Assembly (NCBI RefSeq): GCF_964355755.1
Contig: NC_092671.1
Coordinates: 7,440,001-7,504,000, forward strand
Reading direction: 5' to 3'
Length of the DNA: 64,000 bases
From: Antedon mediterranea
Lineage: Eukaryota > Animalia > Echinodermata
Part shown: positions 51,010 to 64,000 of the stretch, piece after piece
Layout of the letters: each line of letters opens with the position of its first letter
Numbering within the stretch: position 1 is the first letter of the stretch
Program-made: the position numbers and the translations under genes
Notes under the pieces: generated by a model
Seen by the model: only the letters and a program-made list of their open reading frames with translations
Databases searched by the model: none
Told to the model about the DNA's origin: nothing

Positions 51010-54000
51010 GAGAGTTATTATTATATAACTATAGGCCTTGCCGCCATTCAGTTTGTATTTTAAACAAATAATCTTTTTTTTTCTTAGTGATCTCTTTGAA
51101 GTTTAATAACCAAATAACTAGATTTCCCCAAAATAATAAAAATGTATGTGCAGGTATTTTTTAGACAATTTTCTACATTATAGTATAAACATAAGCTGAC
51201 AGATTAGCTAATTACTAGCGACTAATTAGCCTAAATGGTCTCTGTTATTAAGTATGATAACAGAAGCAAAATAAGTAGTAGACCATAACATGTATGTGCA
51301 GGTGTTTTGTAGAACATTTTCAAGATTATATTATAAACATAAGTTGACATGTTAGCTAATTACTAGTGACTAATTAATAACCTAAATTTGACATAAAGGT
51401 AAATGGATTGCGGTAAGTATATTGTTAGTTTATAATAAGGCTTTGGTCAATTCATTGGACACCCTCTACCATTAAACATAATGTCACAACATATATATAT
51501 TAAGTTCCATAATACAGAAATACAGATTATTCAAAACTGCGTAGGTAGTTTTCATTTACTGAATAAAACATACCTCTATCTATAAATGACATTTTTGATT
51601 CGCTATAAATATGCAAATTACCAATTTAGTTGATTTATTTATGTTGATATAAAAAATGTAATTCAATCGTTCAAAAGGATATCTTTTATTTATATTATTC
51701 AAAGGGTATGTTGGATTTAATACATAGATTTCCTTTTTTTCAGTGTACACCAACTTGTGGGCCTCATAATGCAAAAAAAGAAAAAAATGAACAGTTTTAT
51801 TAATTCATATCAATTTCTTTTCTAAACATTTAAAAAATTAATAATCTACATTATATTTTATTTAAAATAATAAACATTATTTTTATTCTTTATTGCCAAA
51901 CACATCATAAACAACAACAAACAATTATTAACTACGAAATATGTGACAGGAAACACATAGGGGAGGAACAACCATATGTTTACTGTCGGTCTTTGTGATT
52001 AAATAAAGTTGAATTGAATTGAATTATGATTATTCTTGGTCAAATACAGTATACTGTACATGCATGCATACTTTTATTCTTTATTATAAATGTTGCAATT
52101 TAATCTTTATTTTTTGACAGTACACATTTCATATGTTGTTGTAAAAGTTTATTGTTAAAGTTCTAAGACATTAATTAGCCTAAAAACATGATGAAATAAA
52201 GTTCAATTGATTCTGCAAATATGTGCGGAAAGAACTTTCCAAAAGTTAAATGTGAGGGCATTTAAAGTACTTTAAATTAGAACAACGGCTCAGTAATAAG
52301 ACTAAACACATAAAGAATAATTTCTGATTTGTCTTGTCCTTATTGTTAACAGAAGCTGAAGGCTATGGCGCTACTCGCGGCTCCTTTGGGAAGCATTTTC
52401 TGTTGGTAACAGTGCATAAATTTAAACACCTTGAGCCTGCAAAGAGGCAGAATAAAATGACAATAACATAAATACCAGTGATAAGAATTCTCGCCGCTTT
52501 AACTGTACTGATTAATTAAGTTGATTAATTGATTGATTGGTTTATTGATCTTTTTACAATATTCAGTTAAAAAAGAAATCTTATACACCAAAACAAGAGT
52601 TCTTTAAAAAAAAATCAATTCAGGTAATTGCACAGGAAGCTATATAATGAAAAAATAGGAAGGCAGCTGAAAGTTAAAAAGAAGAAACATTTATTACTTA
52701 CAACATTTACTTTCATTTTGATATTATAACATATTGTATTGTAACATTATAATACTGGATCAAGTTTAATCCCAGGGATATAAGAAAAAAAAAACAATAT
52801 ATAAGAATAATTGAATTATTACTATTTTGATAAATACACAGTATAATATACAATACACAAATTAAATATCTATACACATTTGGTTTTACTAAATAAAATA
52901 TGTATTTTATTTACTTTTTGGCCTAAATGTACTGAACTAATAATAACTATACGGTAACATCTTTTTATTATAAAACTCCACATAATGAGTGGCAGACCAT
53001 GATTCAATGTTGGATCATGGCTTGGCTCTCGTTATTTGGAGTCAAGTTTTTTACTATGTTATTTAAACGGTATCAGTGCATATAATATATGAGTAGAAAA
53101 CCAATATTATTGGTTTTTTTATTGGTATTTTATCTTTTTTAGACAATGACTAAGACTAAGTACTGTACAACGAGAAAGTGAAACAATTCAGTGCCAAACA
53201 GAACAAAGTTGGCTACTACCATATATGGTGAGTATGTTCTTCCTTTCTCATATTGTTTAATATATAAAAAAAAAATGTATATTTAAAAAAAAAAATATTC
53301 TTGATTTTTTATTTTTATGCTAATCCATTGACATAGATCTAGTTTTCACATTTTATTATTACTATCCCATTACCAAAACTCTCCAAAACCAGATTTTTCT
53401 TGAGGTCCAAATTCCTAAGAAAAATCTTGTTTTGGGAGAATTTTCAGAGATTAGGAGAGTTGACAGTATTTTAGATATCTATATATAATGTACACCATTT
53501 ACCAAGTTTCACATGCTTAAAGGTTGGAGTTAAATATAAATAATATAGCCGGTAATTTAATTATTCAATTTTCAACTATATGAATTTGGTTTGTATGTTT
53601 AATTTGATGTATTATATTAAACATGGAACTTTAGTATAGGTTTCAAATAAAAAACAACAATCCATTCAAATAATTATATTGATGATATTGACAATAACAA
53701 CAACTACTTAATAAACAATGACAACAATAGATATAATGGAATCTAATAAGATGAAGACAGTTGAGTAGTGACATTATCCAAGGCCTTGTAAAGAGCTGCA
53801 TCTATACTGTCCAATGTAATCAAAGTCGTGGAGGTTTTCACATTTATTAACGCTAATTACCCATCATAAATTAAAACCACTTGGGACAAATACAGCTGCA
53901 TTCATTGGTCGCAAAATCTTTATTGATTTTTCCAAGGCAAAATAAAGTGTAGAATTGTGAATTCGGTGACGTTGGTGATTCATTTCGGTCCTAATTGTAT

Positions 54001-57000
54001 TTATTCTTTCCCGTGGCAAGGAATTGATTCTTCCATGGTATCCATGTTATTTTTAAAACCATTATTATCTTGTCAAAAACCCTCATATCACTTACGATAG
54101 CGGACGACAAACCTCTCTGTACATTATCCAGGTAAGATAATATGATTGATGTAATCTTTAGGTTTTTAGAAACAATTTTACTCACATTAATGGAGTTGTA
54201 AGGTAATCTAAGCTGAGAGATGATTTATTGAGACGGCTAATTTTCATTTGATCTCAAATTTAACTATGTTTAGAAACGATGTGTTTGTAACGTGTACACA
54301 ACTGCATTAAAATGCGTACCAAAGCGCATATATCATACGTAGGATTCTGTTGCATATGTTTTCAGTCGTCTCTGCTTCTATGTTAATCACATGACCTAAT
54401 CCTTAATCTTAACTATTGGTAAAGCTTAGTTGTATACACGTATCTATTTAACTAGCTTCGCAATTGTAGGCATGTATTTTGATCTTACGGTTTAACAGAT
54501 GTTGAAATTTCGAGTCGCGTTAGTCATTGAGAAATGCTTTGAACCAGAAAATTATGAACTTCTAAGTCAAAAATTTATATTGATTGAGATAGTAGTAGGT
54601 TTGGTGTATTCCTAGATGTTTTTGTTCACAATAATCACATTTTATAACATCGGTTTTAATTATGATTGCAAAATACAGACCTATATTTTTGAAATATTTT
54701 TATTTTGGTTGAGTGGCGGACTTGAAGTTTGAGTCATGGTTCTGGATCTACAACTCAGTCTCCAAATAGGGCAAGATTAGGGCCTATATTCAGGTTCCAT
54801 GTTTGTGTTAGATTTGAAAATGTTTATAGAATGGAATATTTCTTGATTCAACTCTTACAATCCCTAGAGGAATTCAGTTGAAAAATAAAATTACATTTGT
54901 AGTTTTGAAATCCGACATATTTTGCATTAAATAAATAGTAAGTATACATTTGTATGCTTACTACGCAAGCGGTAAGTGAAGATGAACAGGTGGGCTTTTA
55001 GAAATTTAAATAAGACATGTGTTTGTATAATGGTGATCTACATATTAGCCAGGTGTTGCAAAATAGAATCATAGGCTAATTATACATTTATGGTCTACTT
55101 TTGTTTGATTGTACCTTAGTGTCTATCTAAATGTTTTAAGGGTAAATATTAATCTGTTTGGTAATTATTTAAACTCTGAATTCAAATAAATTATCAACTC
55201 AAATTGTTTAATATTATTGACAAATAATTGTAGTTTTTGCACCAAAAATGTAGAATAAAATATATTTATTTTTTTTTTATTGTATAAATTGATATAGAGT
55301 TTATTTGTTAATTACAATTATATCTAAAATGTAGTGAAGATCTAATAACCTAGACCAGAATCTTTGGCTCAAATGTGATTTTAAGTGGAAGGATTTTTAG
55401 TTATTATAGGAGGGAGTGAGACAGTTTGTGTTTGTCCATTTTCCACATTTTTCTACTGCACATATTTAAAATAAATTTGAAATAAAAAGCAATGATTCTC
55501 AAAGTTTAGTGTTGATGAAAAGATTTTATCATAATTATAATTTACACAATTTTTTCAATTGAAATTTATATTAAAAACTCATATTCCTTAAACTGTATGT
55601 TTAATAGAACAGCGTGAAATTCAAAATGAATGTGTAGTTTTATATTATAAAATAGAAATGTCATTTGTAGGCCACGAGAGGTCTTTAAACCTAGAGGTCA
55701 TCTAGAATGTATTATACAGGATTACTGTATGTTCGCAATGAATTTTCGTTCTTGCATAATGAACTACTTTATGTACAGAAATATAAAAAAGTTTCATCAA
55801 TTAAAATATAAAAATAATTTGTTTTGAAATCAATCCTTGGGCTCAACAATAATTATTTTTACAATACATTACTAAAAGCAAAGACGGATATCTTTCCTTT
55901 AAAAGCATAACAAACATAGCCCTACATTTTGCTATAGTTATATACTATGTTGGAATTATGTTTTGTTTTTTTTTTAAATCCGGTTTTGAAAAAAATGTTC
56001 TAAATGTAACATAATACATTTTATGTTATGGCTGAAGATATTCTTATATTTAGGTTCAATAAAATCTACAGGAATGAGGAATACAATCTATATAAGTGCA
56101 ATAAGTTCTTTATAATAATACTGATCGAATGTGTAAAATCCTTTATTTTTGTGCGGCCTTATATTTCGTCACAAAATTTAAGAGTGCTTGAAAATAAATT
56201 TGTCCACAGGAGTAATTATCGTTGAGCCAATATACATGCATTTTCTTTTTATTCTAAGGGTATAACTCATAGTGAAAATAAAAAAGTGGAAAAGTGTCTG
56301 ATGTGCAAAATCATGAACATATAGTATTGCAAAAATAAAGGTTTTCAGCAAAGCCCAAAGTATGTCGTAAATTCTTCATATTTTGTAAAATAATCCTAAA
56401 TCTATTCAAGTCGTTCTCTTGTGACTGTGTATAGTTTTCTTTTGATGAACTCAAAGAAAGAAAATAAAAGTTGATGTTATCAATCATAATATTGGTAGTT
56501 TCAAACATAATGCTCATGGCAACATTGTTTAGTTTATTAAAAAAAAGGGCATTTTGATAAAAAAAAAATCTTTTGTATTCTTCTACATTCAAACATAATC
56601 TTGAATATGGTCTTCTAATTATATAACAATTTATTATTTATATGATTGATTGATATTTGTTTTTTTTTAAACTGTTTAGGCTTTTACTTAATTCTTTCCT
56701 TCCCCATTCTCATTTTAAGATATTTTGATAATTTATTTTCTTGCTAAAAGCATTCAAGTGGGATGTAATATAAATGTCTTTTATTCTCGGAGTATAGAAG
56801 CTTTTGTGGTGATAAATACTCACTACTAGTTATTGCCATGCCCACTAACGGTTTTCTAATTTAACCAATTAAGTTCTAATTTATATATGTGCTTATTTTT
56901 TTCAATCACTTTCCCAAATTACATGGCAGATTCTGAGTCCGGAAACTGTGACGTGAGCTTGTGGAACTGACACCAACCTGGTTGCGAGCTAATTTACGCT

Positions 57001-57602
57001 AACTTTAACTGAAAATGTGACTTTTCACAAAGGGGCCTCGTGGGATTTTATAGCGAGAAGAGATTTAAAGGATTTTCACTTTTAATTCCTTTGGCTATTA
57101 TTTTGAACACGATGTGATTCTCCAGTTCTATGTGTAAATAATTGCAATAAAAATGTCTGAATTCCACTACTTTATCAGAAATAAATGTTTTAAATTGGGC
57201 AAGTTGATATTTTAAAACTTTTTAACTCTAAATTAAATAATTAATTTCCAGTATATTACAGGTTGGTTTAGAATTTCTCTGTATAATAGGCCTGATGAAG
57301 GCCTGAAAATAGTGTTTTCTGAAAGCTTACCACTTTGGTGACTGTTTTACTATACTTTATCGTTTGATTTGCCTTAAAAATTATTATTATTGACTGTAGA
57401 AAGATAATTAGTGTAAATTAGCTGATAACCTATTCCTCTTACATCACAGTTCCTAGAATCGTGATGAAGAGAATAACCATAACAAATAAATTAAGCCTAA
57501 TTGTCTAAGAGATCATTTAAATTCTTGAATAAAGATGGATTTTTGAAGCTGTATAAGTCTATTGTCAGGCCAACACTTGAATATTGTAATACTGTTTATA
57601 AT

Positions 57603-58116
57603 CCTATTAGAAAACGAGATCAGGATGAAATAGAGAAGGTCAAGAGCAACAACAAGATTGATTCCTAGGTACCGTAATATCCCGTATGGACAACGTTTGA
57701 GAATTCTTGGTCTTCCTACCATGAGATATCAAAGGCAGAGAGCAGATGTTATCCAAGTTTTTAGGATTGTAAAAGGTTTCGATCGTATTTCGATCAACAC
57801 ATTTTTTTAATTTGATCTAGAATCTCGGACCCGTGGACACCCATATAAACTCAAGTTTAAAAGCTCTTGTCTTAATATTAGGAGGGACACGTTCTCCAGG
57901 AGAGTTATTCTCTTATGGAGCTCTGCCTACGGATGTAGTTTCATGTGCTACGGTGAACTTGTTCAAAGCAAAACTTAACGTCGCATGGTCCAACCACCCG
58001 CTGAAGTTTTCACCCTATATAGAATAGGATTTTATTGCTAAGAGGGGCTTTTAAGCACTGAGTGCTTCGCCTCGATCCCGTAGACGAAAGTGTACGGGAA
58101 ACAAGTAAACAAGTAA
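57603..58116 (+). mobile_element. CR1-type LINE 3' fragment (ORF2 C-terminus, degraded)
   Basis: Translates DQDEIEKV/ATTRLIP..YGQRLRILGLPTMRYQRQRADVIQVFRIVKG...RTRGHPYKL...FSRRV..LPTDVVSCATVNLFKAKL; ends in an (ACAAGTAA)n tail. Confidence 0.85.
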
Positions 58117-59367
58117 GATGTACCAAATTATTTTCACCTGATAAACTAAACAATTTAATTGTTATTTATCTATTCTGTATACAATGAGTTTTACCACGCC
58201 ATACAATGGTAGAAGATTCCGCAAATGACCACCACGAAATCACTCTTCACTCCACCCCTCTGGTTTCGGTAATAAATAAACTGTTTTTTGATATAGAGTT
58301 TTTGAATTCCAGAGCTCAAAAAAAGATGTTAGCATGTATGCCTGTGTATTTATTCATGGTTGACTTCTCAATGTAGTAATACTGCCCCCATTGTCAGTCA
58401 TAGTGTTAAGTACCCTGGAAAACAATTAGCTTTACAATTATTCCAACTTACCCAGTAGTAAAAACCAATTCAATATGTGACAAATGTGTAGGCCTATGTA
58501 GATATAAAGTTCAGAATTTGTGAGTTAAATACAACCAAAAATAATACAATAATCTATATACTCATGTGTAAGACGATGTATAATTGCTATCCAATTTTGA
58601 ATTCAGAATATTATGAAAAACTCTGATGTGTATATTATGTCTGTGTCGAGCAAAAAGCGGTTTCCATGTGTTTTTTTTCCAGTTTTGCCGATTTTTCTTC
58701 TTGATATTATTTCATATAATTTCATATGTAAATAATTTAGTTTTGTATAAAGAATTAGTATCAAGCACATTTTTATTAAAGAATAATTAATAGTCTAAAG
58801 TTATTAATTATTATCATATGTCTAATGATTTGAAATGTTTTTCACCAGCCTTAAAAACAATCCCTATCTATTTTCATCAGCAGTAAAACTGTACTTAAAA
58901 AGAAACATCCATTTTAAATGCAAGAGATTTCAGCCAACGTGACTGTTGATACATTTATTTTAAAAAGGTTTTTAACTGCTTGATTCAAGTAGTAAGTTCT
59001 CCTGCAATCTAAGGAGTTTATGTTTGTCTGCATTTTTTGGAGAGCTTTAATCTCTTGGACATGACTTTAGAACAGAAATTACACACATACACACACGCAC
59101 ATACATCAACACAATGGTACTGGATTAGGCAGAGGATAAAACTGAAATTTTCAAATAGACTACCGTGAAGGTATTTAGGAACAGATAATTGATAGAATTT
59201 AGATTTAAACTTTATAATGTTGCTCTCTATGTTGCTACAATTTTCTGGTGTCCTCCTTTTTTATTTGTCAGTATTCTGAAACTTTCTTCTTTAGGCCGGT
59301 AAAACCTTGTTGTACTTTCTACCAATTCAACACATGGATTAAATATACTTCCTTCATTTGAGTCTAA

Positions 59368-59536
59368 AACTCTGTCTACACTATCAAACTTTATGTGACA
59401 ACAAAATGTGATGTGTCCATATATGAAATCACTACCATATTTAAGCATATCACTACCATATTTAAGCATATCACTACCATATTTGGCACATCACACTTTT
59501 TTTTGGTAAAACTAGTTTGATGGTGTAGACAGAGTT
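59368..59536. mobile_element. MITE family A copy with triplicated internal subrepeat
   Basis: AACTCTGTCTACACTATCAAAC ... GTTTGATGGTGTAGACAGAGTT; ATCACTACCATATTT occurs three times inside. Confidence 0.85.
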
Positions 59537-60717
59537 TCAGAGAGTGGAGTAGAAATAGTTATGAGTTACCTAGTAATATAAAGTATTAAAAACAATATAC
59601 AAAATATTAACATGATATGAGCTAACTTTTCGCTTTATTCCAAAAGTTGATGATGTGCAGGCCTGTTACATAGAAAATTGTAATTGTGAAAATACTACTT
59701 GTCCGGTAAAATAATATAGCTGCAATTTACATTATTATCACTGCCATAACAATAATAAATTATTACTATTTTTTCATCGTGGTTTAGTGTTTTTTTTAGT
59801 TTTTAAAATATTTTCTATGGAATTTCATAACTGTAAAAAAGATTTCTCAGGTTTCTATTGTTTTTGGATATTGATAAATAGCAATATTACTATAAATAGC
59901 TGTGCAAAAATCATATTTTGCCAAGTGTTTCCTATTGTAGCCCTTGTTGTCTTTGTAAACAGTGACATTTAATGTACTAGATTTGCTTCATACACACACA
60001 AATCAATAATGCTATATACACATAACCATCCTTGTGAAACAATACAGAATATACAGGGCTGTATTTCCTGACGTACAGCACAAAAGAAAATTAACATCTG
60101 TTTGCGACACGTTTTGGCCTGTTTAACGTACAAATCTTTCCTACAAATCAATAAGCATATTCCAACTCCTTTAGTACAATAGCCACTCTACGCTTAATGG
60201 ACTCGATATCCAATATGCAAAATTAGCGACAAACAATACTAAGTATAGCTATGCACATGAATTTTAGTTATATCTGCCATTTACTCAACGTTTAACAATT
60301 ATTTTAGAGTGCTGAATGCGTGATTATGTTTTTAATAGGATATGACCATAAAAAATTCCCAGTTCCTTTAACATGAATACTTTTATAAAAAGTACAGATG
60401 CAGTGTACATGTATATACTCTATGTTATTTGTTAAATAGAAATTTATGGTTATTGCAAACTATTTGTAAAAAAACATTTTATGCATATTGCTTTGATACT
60501 AAATTTTATTGAAGGTTTACTATAAATTATTTTATTTAAGTCAAAAATATAAATGAATAGTTTTATAAAACAATATTAAAATGCAATACAAAATTATAAA
60601 ATTAACAAGCCATGTACTTTTCCATCTGAAAATTAGTTCATTAATTTAATGAAAGAAATATTAGAAAATATTTTATAATTTATTTATTGTGTGTAACAAA
60701 AGAAATAATTATATTGA

Positions 60718-60901
60718 GGACTATATTTGAGGACCGCTGGACTATATTTGAGGACCGCTGGACTATATTTGAGGACCGCTGGACTATATTTGAGGACCGC
60801 TGGACTATATTTGAGGACCGCTGGACTATATTTGAGGACCGCTGGACCATATTTGAGGACCGCTGGACTATATTTGAGGACCGCTGGACTATATTTGAGG
60901 A
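60718..60901. repeat. 21-bp minisatellite (GGACTATATTTGAGGACCGCT) x~8.8
   Basis: Direct tandem units; explains the TIFEDRW-repeat ORF at 60687..60917. Confidence 0.95.
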
Positions 60902-63900
60902 TATAAATATTACCTAACTGTAGACACAGAGTCTAGGAAAAAAGCTATGTTTTGTTACCTCTATAATTTATTGGTTTTCTTTTTTTCTTCTTTCATCTTT
61001 CCAAGAATCTCATTTATTTGTCCTTACAAGAAATTACATTAAAGTACGTCTGCTCCTAAACATTCAACAATAATATAACAAGACTAACAGGACTAACATG
61101 ATATACAATGCTTGGCATGGGCATAAGTTGACAAAATTAAATCAAATTCAAATTTTATTTGACAAATTTTCCATAACAAGAATTCAACCACATGTGCATT
61201 ACTTATTGACAAGCAATGGCATGTAATGTCATATCCATCCATACGTACATATTTGATCCAATTTAAAAAAATAAAAGATCATGGAACTTGCATTATACTC
61301 TTATATATATATTATGCAGAAAAAAATGCATTATATTTAATAGGTTTCTATTACATGCATCTTGTTTAAAATCTTTCTTCACATAAATATATGTATTTTA
61401 CGTTGTTAGTCGTGATTTATTATACGTTGCCTATTGAAATGGCATATAAGTAGCCGTAAATTAGTCAGCGTTGCTTTTTTCCATTAGTATTATTTTTACT
61501 CTAATTTTTACCGTTTCTCTTGATGTAGTGAAATATATAAGTAATGTATATTTCATTGAATGTTAAGCTTCCTGTCTTGTAAGAATTTTGTTCGACAGTT
61601 GTAAGTAATATTTCATAATTATTACATAATAGTTGATATTAAAAGGAGTCAATAGCACAGGAAGGCTGTGTGAAGATTTATGCATGGTTTTTTTTTTCCA
61701 AAAAAAAAAAATAAATAAAATACATGTTAAGTTTGTTAATTATTAGATGTTGATCAAATTTAATGTAGCATTAATATATTGTATAGTATTTAATATTTTA
61801 TATATATGGCCGACGTTTGCATCAAAATGTTAACAAAAATTTTAATATATAATTTGTTCTATCTTTCATTTATAATTTCCATATTTTACTATGATTTAGA
61901 TTAAATTTCAGATCAAATCAAATAAATAAAGTATCAATTTTGGCAATAACTTTTACAATTTTTAAGACAGACTTCTATGCACATAAATAGTGTATATTAT
62001 TTAACACGGCATATTCTTTCTGGCCGTTTTACTTTTTTGTTTTATTAGCTTTTTGCTTATTATTTGTCTCCATAAGATCCAGCCAGTGATTGTCATTTTT
62101 TCAGTGATTTGCCTTTGGATTTAGTTATACTTTCATATACTGTGCTTGGTTGTCGTTTGCATCAAAATGTTTGTTAAATCGTAATTTAAGACTCCTAAAC
62201 TTCAAAGAGTATTTGAACAGATATTTTCTAAATTCTAATTTGTACACTAATTCTTCAAATTTACGTATAGATAGTTTTCTCTTCCAAAACTTCAATTATT
62301 GTGAAAAACAACTTTTTTTTGGCATTTAAATTTAAAATTCATGTCCTGTATATTAATTTAAAGTTAAATATAGACTAGAATTTTTCTTATAAAGCTAGTA
62401 ATTTAGTTCTGTGCAATACAGCACATCGTTTAATGTTTTTTTGGTGTATGAAGTCAATTTGTTATATGTTCTTTCTATACTATTTATGCTTACTAATATT
62501 TCATGACTTACTTATAGATTGAGTCGTAAGTTGCTGTAGAGCATGAAACAAATCCAGTTTATCTAAGGCAGTGAATTTAACGAGGAATGTAGCACAGTAC
62601 ATCAGATACCTGCGTGTCTAAACTCATTTAATTCAAATTGCAATACATTCGCTTTACACAAATGCTTCAGGAGATTAATGTAGAGAAAAAATTGAACAAC
62701 TATTCATAAAATCTTCTTTGAACTAATTACCAAGATCCAGGTCCACTTGTTTTCTGGGTCAATCGGAGGTCATTCTTCAGATTAGCAATCCAAACCTCTA
62801 GGTTCATTAGTTTTCTATCAGTTGTATCGATCACGTTAGGAAGCTTGTTTATCTCCCTTTCTAAATTCAAAAGATCTTTTATTTACTTAAGAATTACTGA
62901 GGCATGTATGACGAGTGGCACGCCACATGTTCACGCTCATCCTTGAAATTAGAACAATTGACTTCACACTTGCGTCACTGGGCAGTATAGATTATTGATA
63001 CAATCACTGCGATATTGATACACTAGGCCACACTGGTAGAACTACAATTTCTCCAGAGATAAACTTGTAGCATGAAGTCTAAAGGCTCCTGTTGTACAGG
63101 TATCTCTCGGCTGTGACCAATCATGCAGGTTTTTATTGAAACAAAATGTACAAAGCGAATAAGTTCCTAAGTAATTTTTTTTTTTCCAATCTCGAGCCAG
63201 AAGATTTCATTGCTTTTTCTACACTATTACTAGATTAAAAAGTAGCGTAGCATGGTTTGTATTGAATTAGCACCATTATCATGTGTGCTTTTTAAAGTGT
63301 TTTTAAATTACTCTCAAATTATATACAGGGAAACAAGGAGAAATCATTGGAAAAAAATCACCATTGCTCCTGTCTAGACCTGAAAATGCTAACTATAGCA
63401 TTAAAGCATGCACATAGTACAGCACATTACAGACCTGACTCACAGCATGGGTATCAGAGGCAATACTCTTAATAAACCTTTCGCATAGCTACAATAGAAA
63501 GACCTTTGAACTTAACCGGCATGTCATTTTAGTAGAACCTGAAGGTACAATTTGAAGGGTAATGAATCCTGATGCGGTGAACAAGAAAGAAACATTTGAC
63601 TTCATCGTAATGAATTGACGCACTCGGGTCGGTGTTAATTATAAGCTTTCATTCTCTTTGTAAACAACTGTGAAATAGAGATCACTTTTGTTAAACTCTC
63701 ATAATGACGGTTTAAGTAATCATTTTTCTATACTAATTAAACTAGAATGAGGGGTTTCTGAAAGAAAAATAACGTAGGAATTTACTAATTACATTATCTT
63801 TGAAGAGTATTAACAGCTGATATGTTTATCAATTTCAAAGAACATATTGTGGGTGGAATTAAATTATGCCATTTTAAATAATGTATAGCAAAGTATTTTA

Positions 63901-64000
63901 TTAGTACAAATCTTTGTAGGAGACAAGTTCAAGAATATTTTTACAAGTTAAAACGTTGCTATACTTTTTAATAAGACATATATCTGAAAAAGGCTTAAAC

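Noticed and set aside
14344-59469. Recurring short ORFs containing KYGSD / CPNM / LCLHYQT (14344, 15758, 31786, 44982, 46096, 59227)
   Set aside because: All are translations of MITE family A copies, not a gene family.
60687-60917. ORF with TIFEDRW repeats; superficially CRISPR-like array
   Set aside because: It is a 21-bp head-to-tail tandem repeat with no spacers; eukaryotic context and no cas genes.
62727-62882. ~50-codon stop-free, helical-looking frame on - (KDLLNLEREINKLPNV...)
   Set aside because: No start codon near its beginning and no credible splice acceptor; compatible with chance or an unrecognisable TE relic.
1-64000. A novel multi-gene biological system or functional cluster
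   Set aside because: The genes are three functionally unrelated housekeeping orthologs plus one secreted protein. Nothing beyond compact head-to-head and tail-to-tail arrangement supports a shared pathway.

Overview
AT-rich, intron-containing animal genomic DNA, probably an invertebrate deuterostome such as an echinoderm (inferred from gene orthology and SINE types, not proven). Most entries in the ORF track are spurious, so I rebuilt gene models by hand from splice sites and frame continuity. Four genes result: a small secreted TIL-domain cysteine-rich protein absent from the ORF track (7295-9360, +); ORC2 (10497-18461, -); ZNF830 (18562-22549, +), head-to-head with ORC2 only 100 bp away; and MOCOS (23974-37211, -). 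ZNF830 has a U12-type AT-AC first intron and a 19-nt micro-exon. MOCOS probably has one GC-AG intron. From 37.3 to 64 kb there is no recognisable host CDS; this may be the 5' introns of a large + strand gene. The window is dense with transposon relics: about 11 copies of one PIF/Harbinger-type MITE, Tc1/mariner-, hAT- and Kolobok-type MITEs, a Helitron 3' end, Rex1- and CR1-type LINE fragments, two SINE types, and Penelope-like relics carrying minimal hammerhead-ribozyme motifs, one of them inside a near-perfect ~146-bp hairpin. I found no evidence for a new multi-gene system. The strongest leads are the minor intron in ZNF830, the unannotated TIL gene, the hammerhead motifs and the TAGGCCTA/CTAG tracts flanking promoters.
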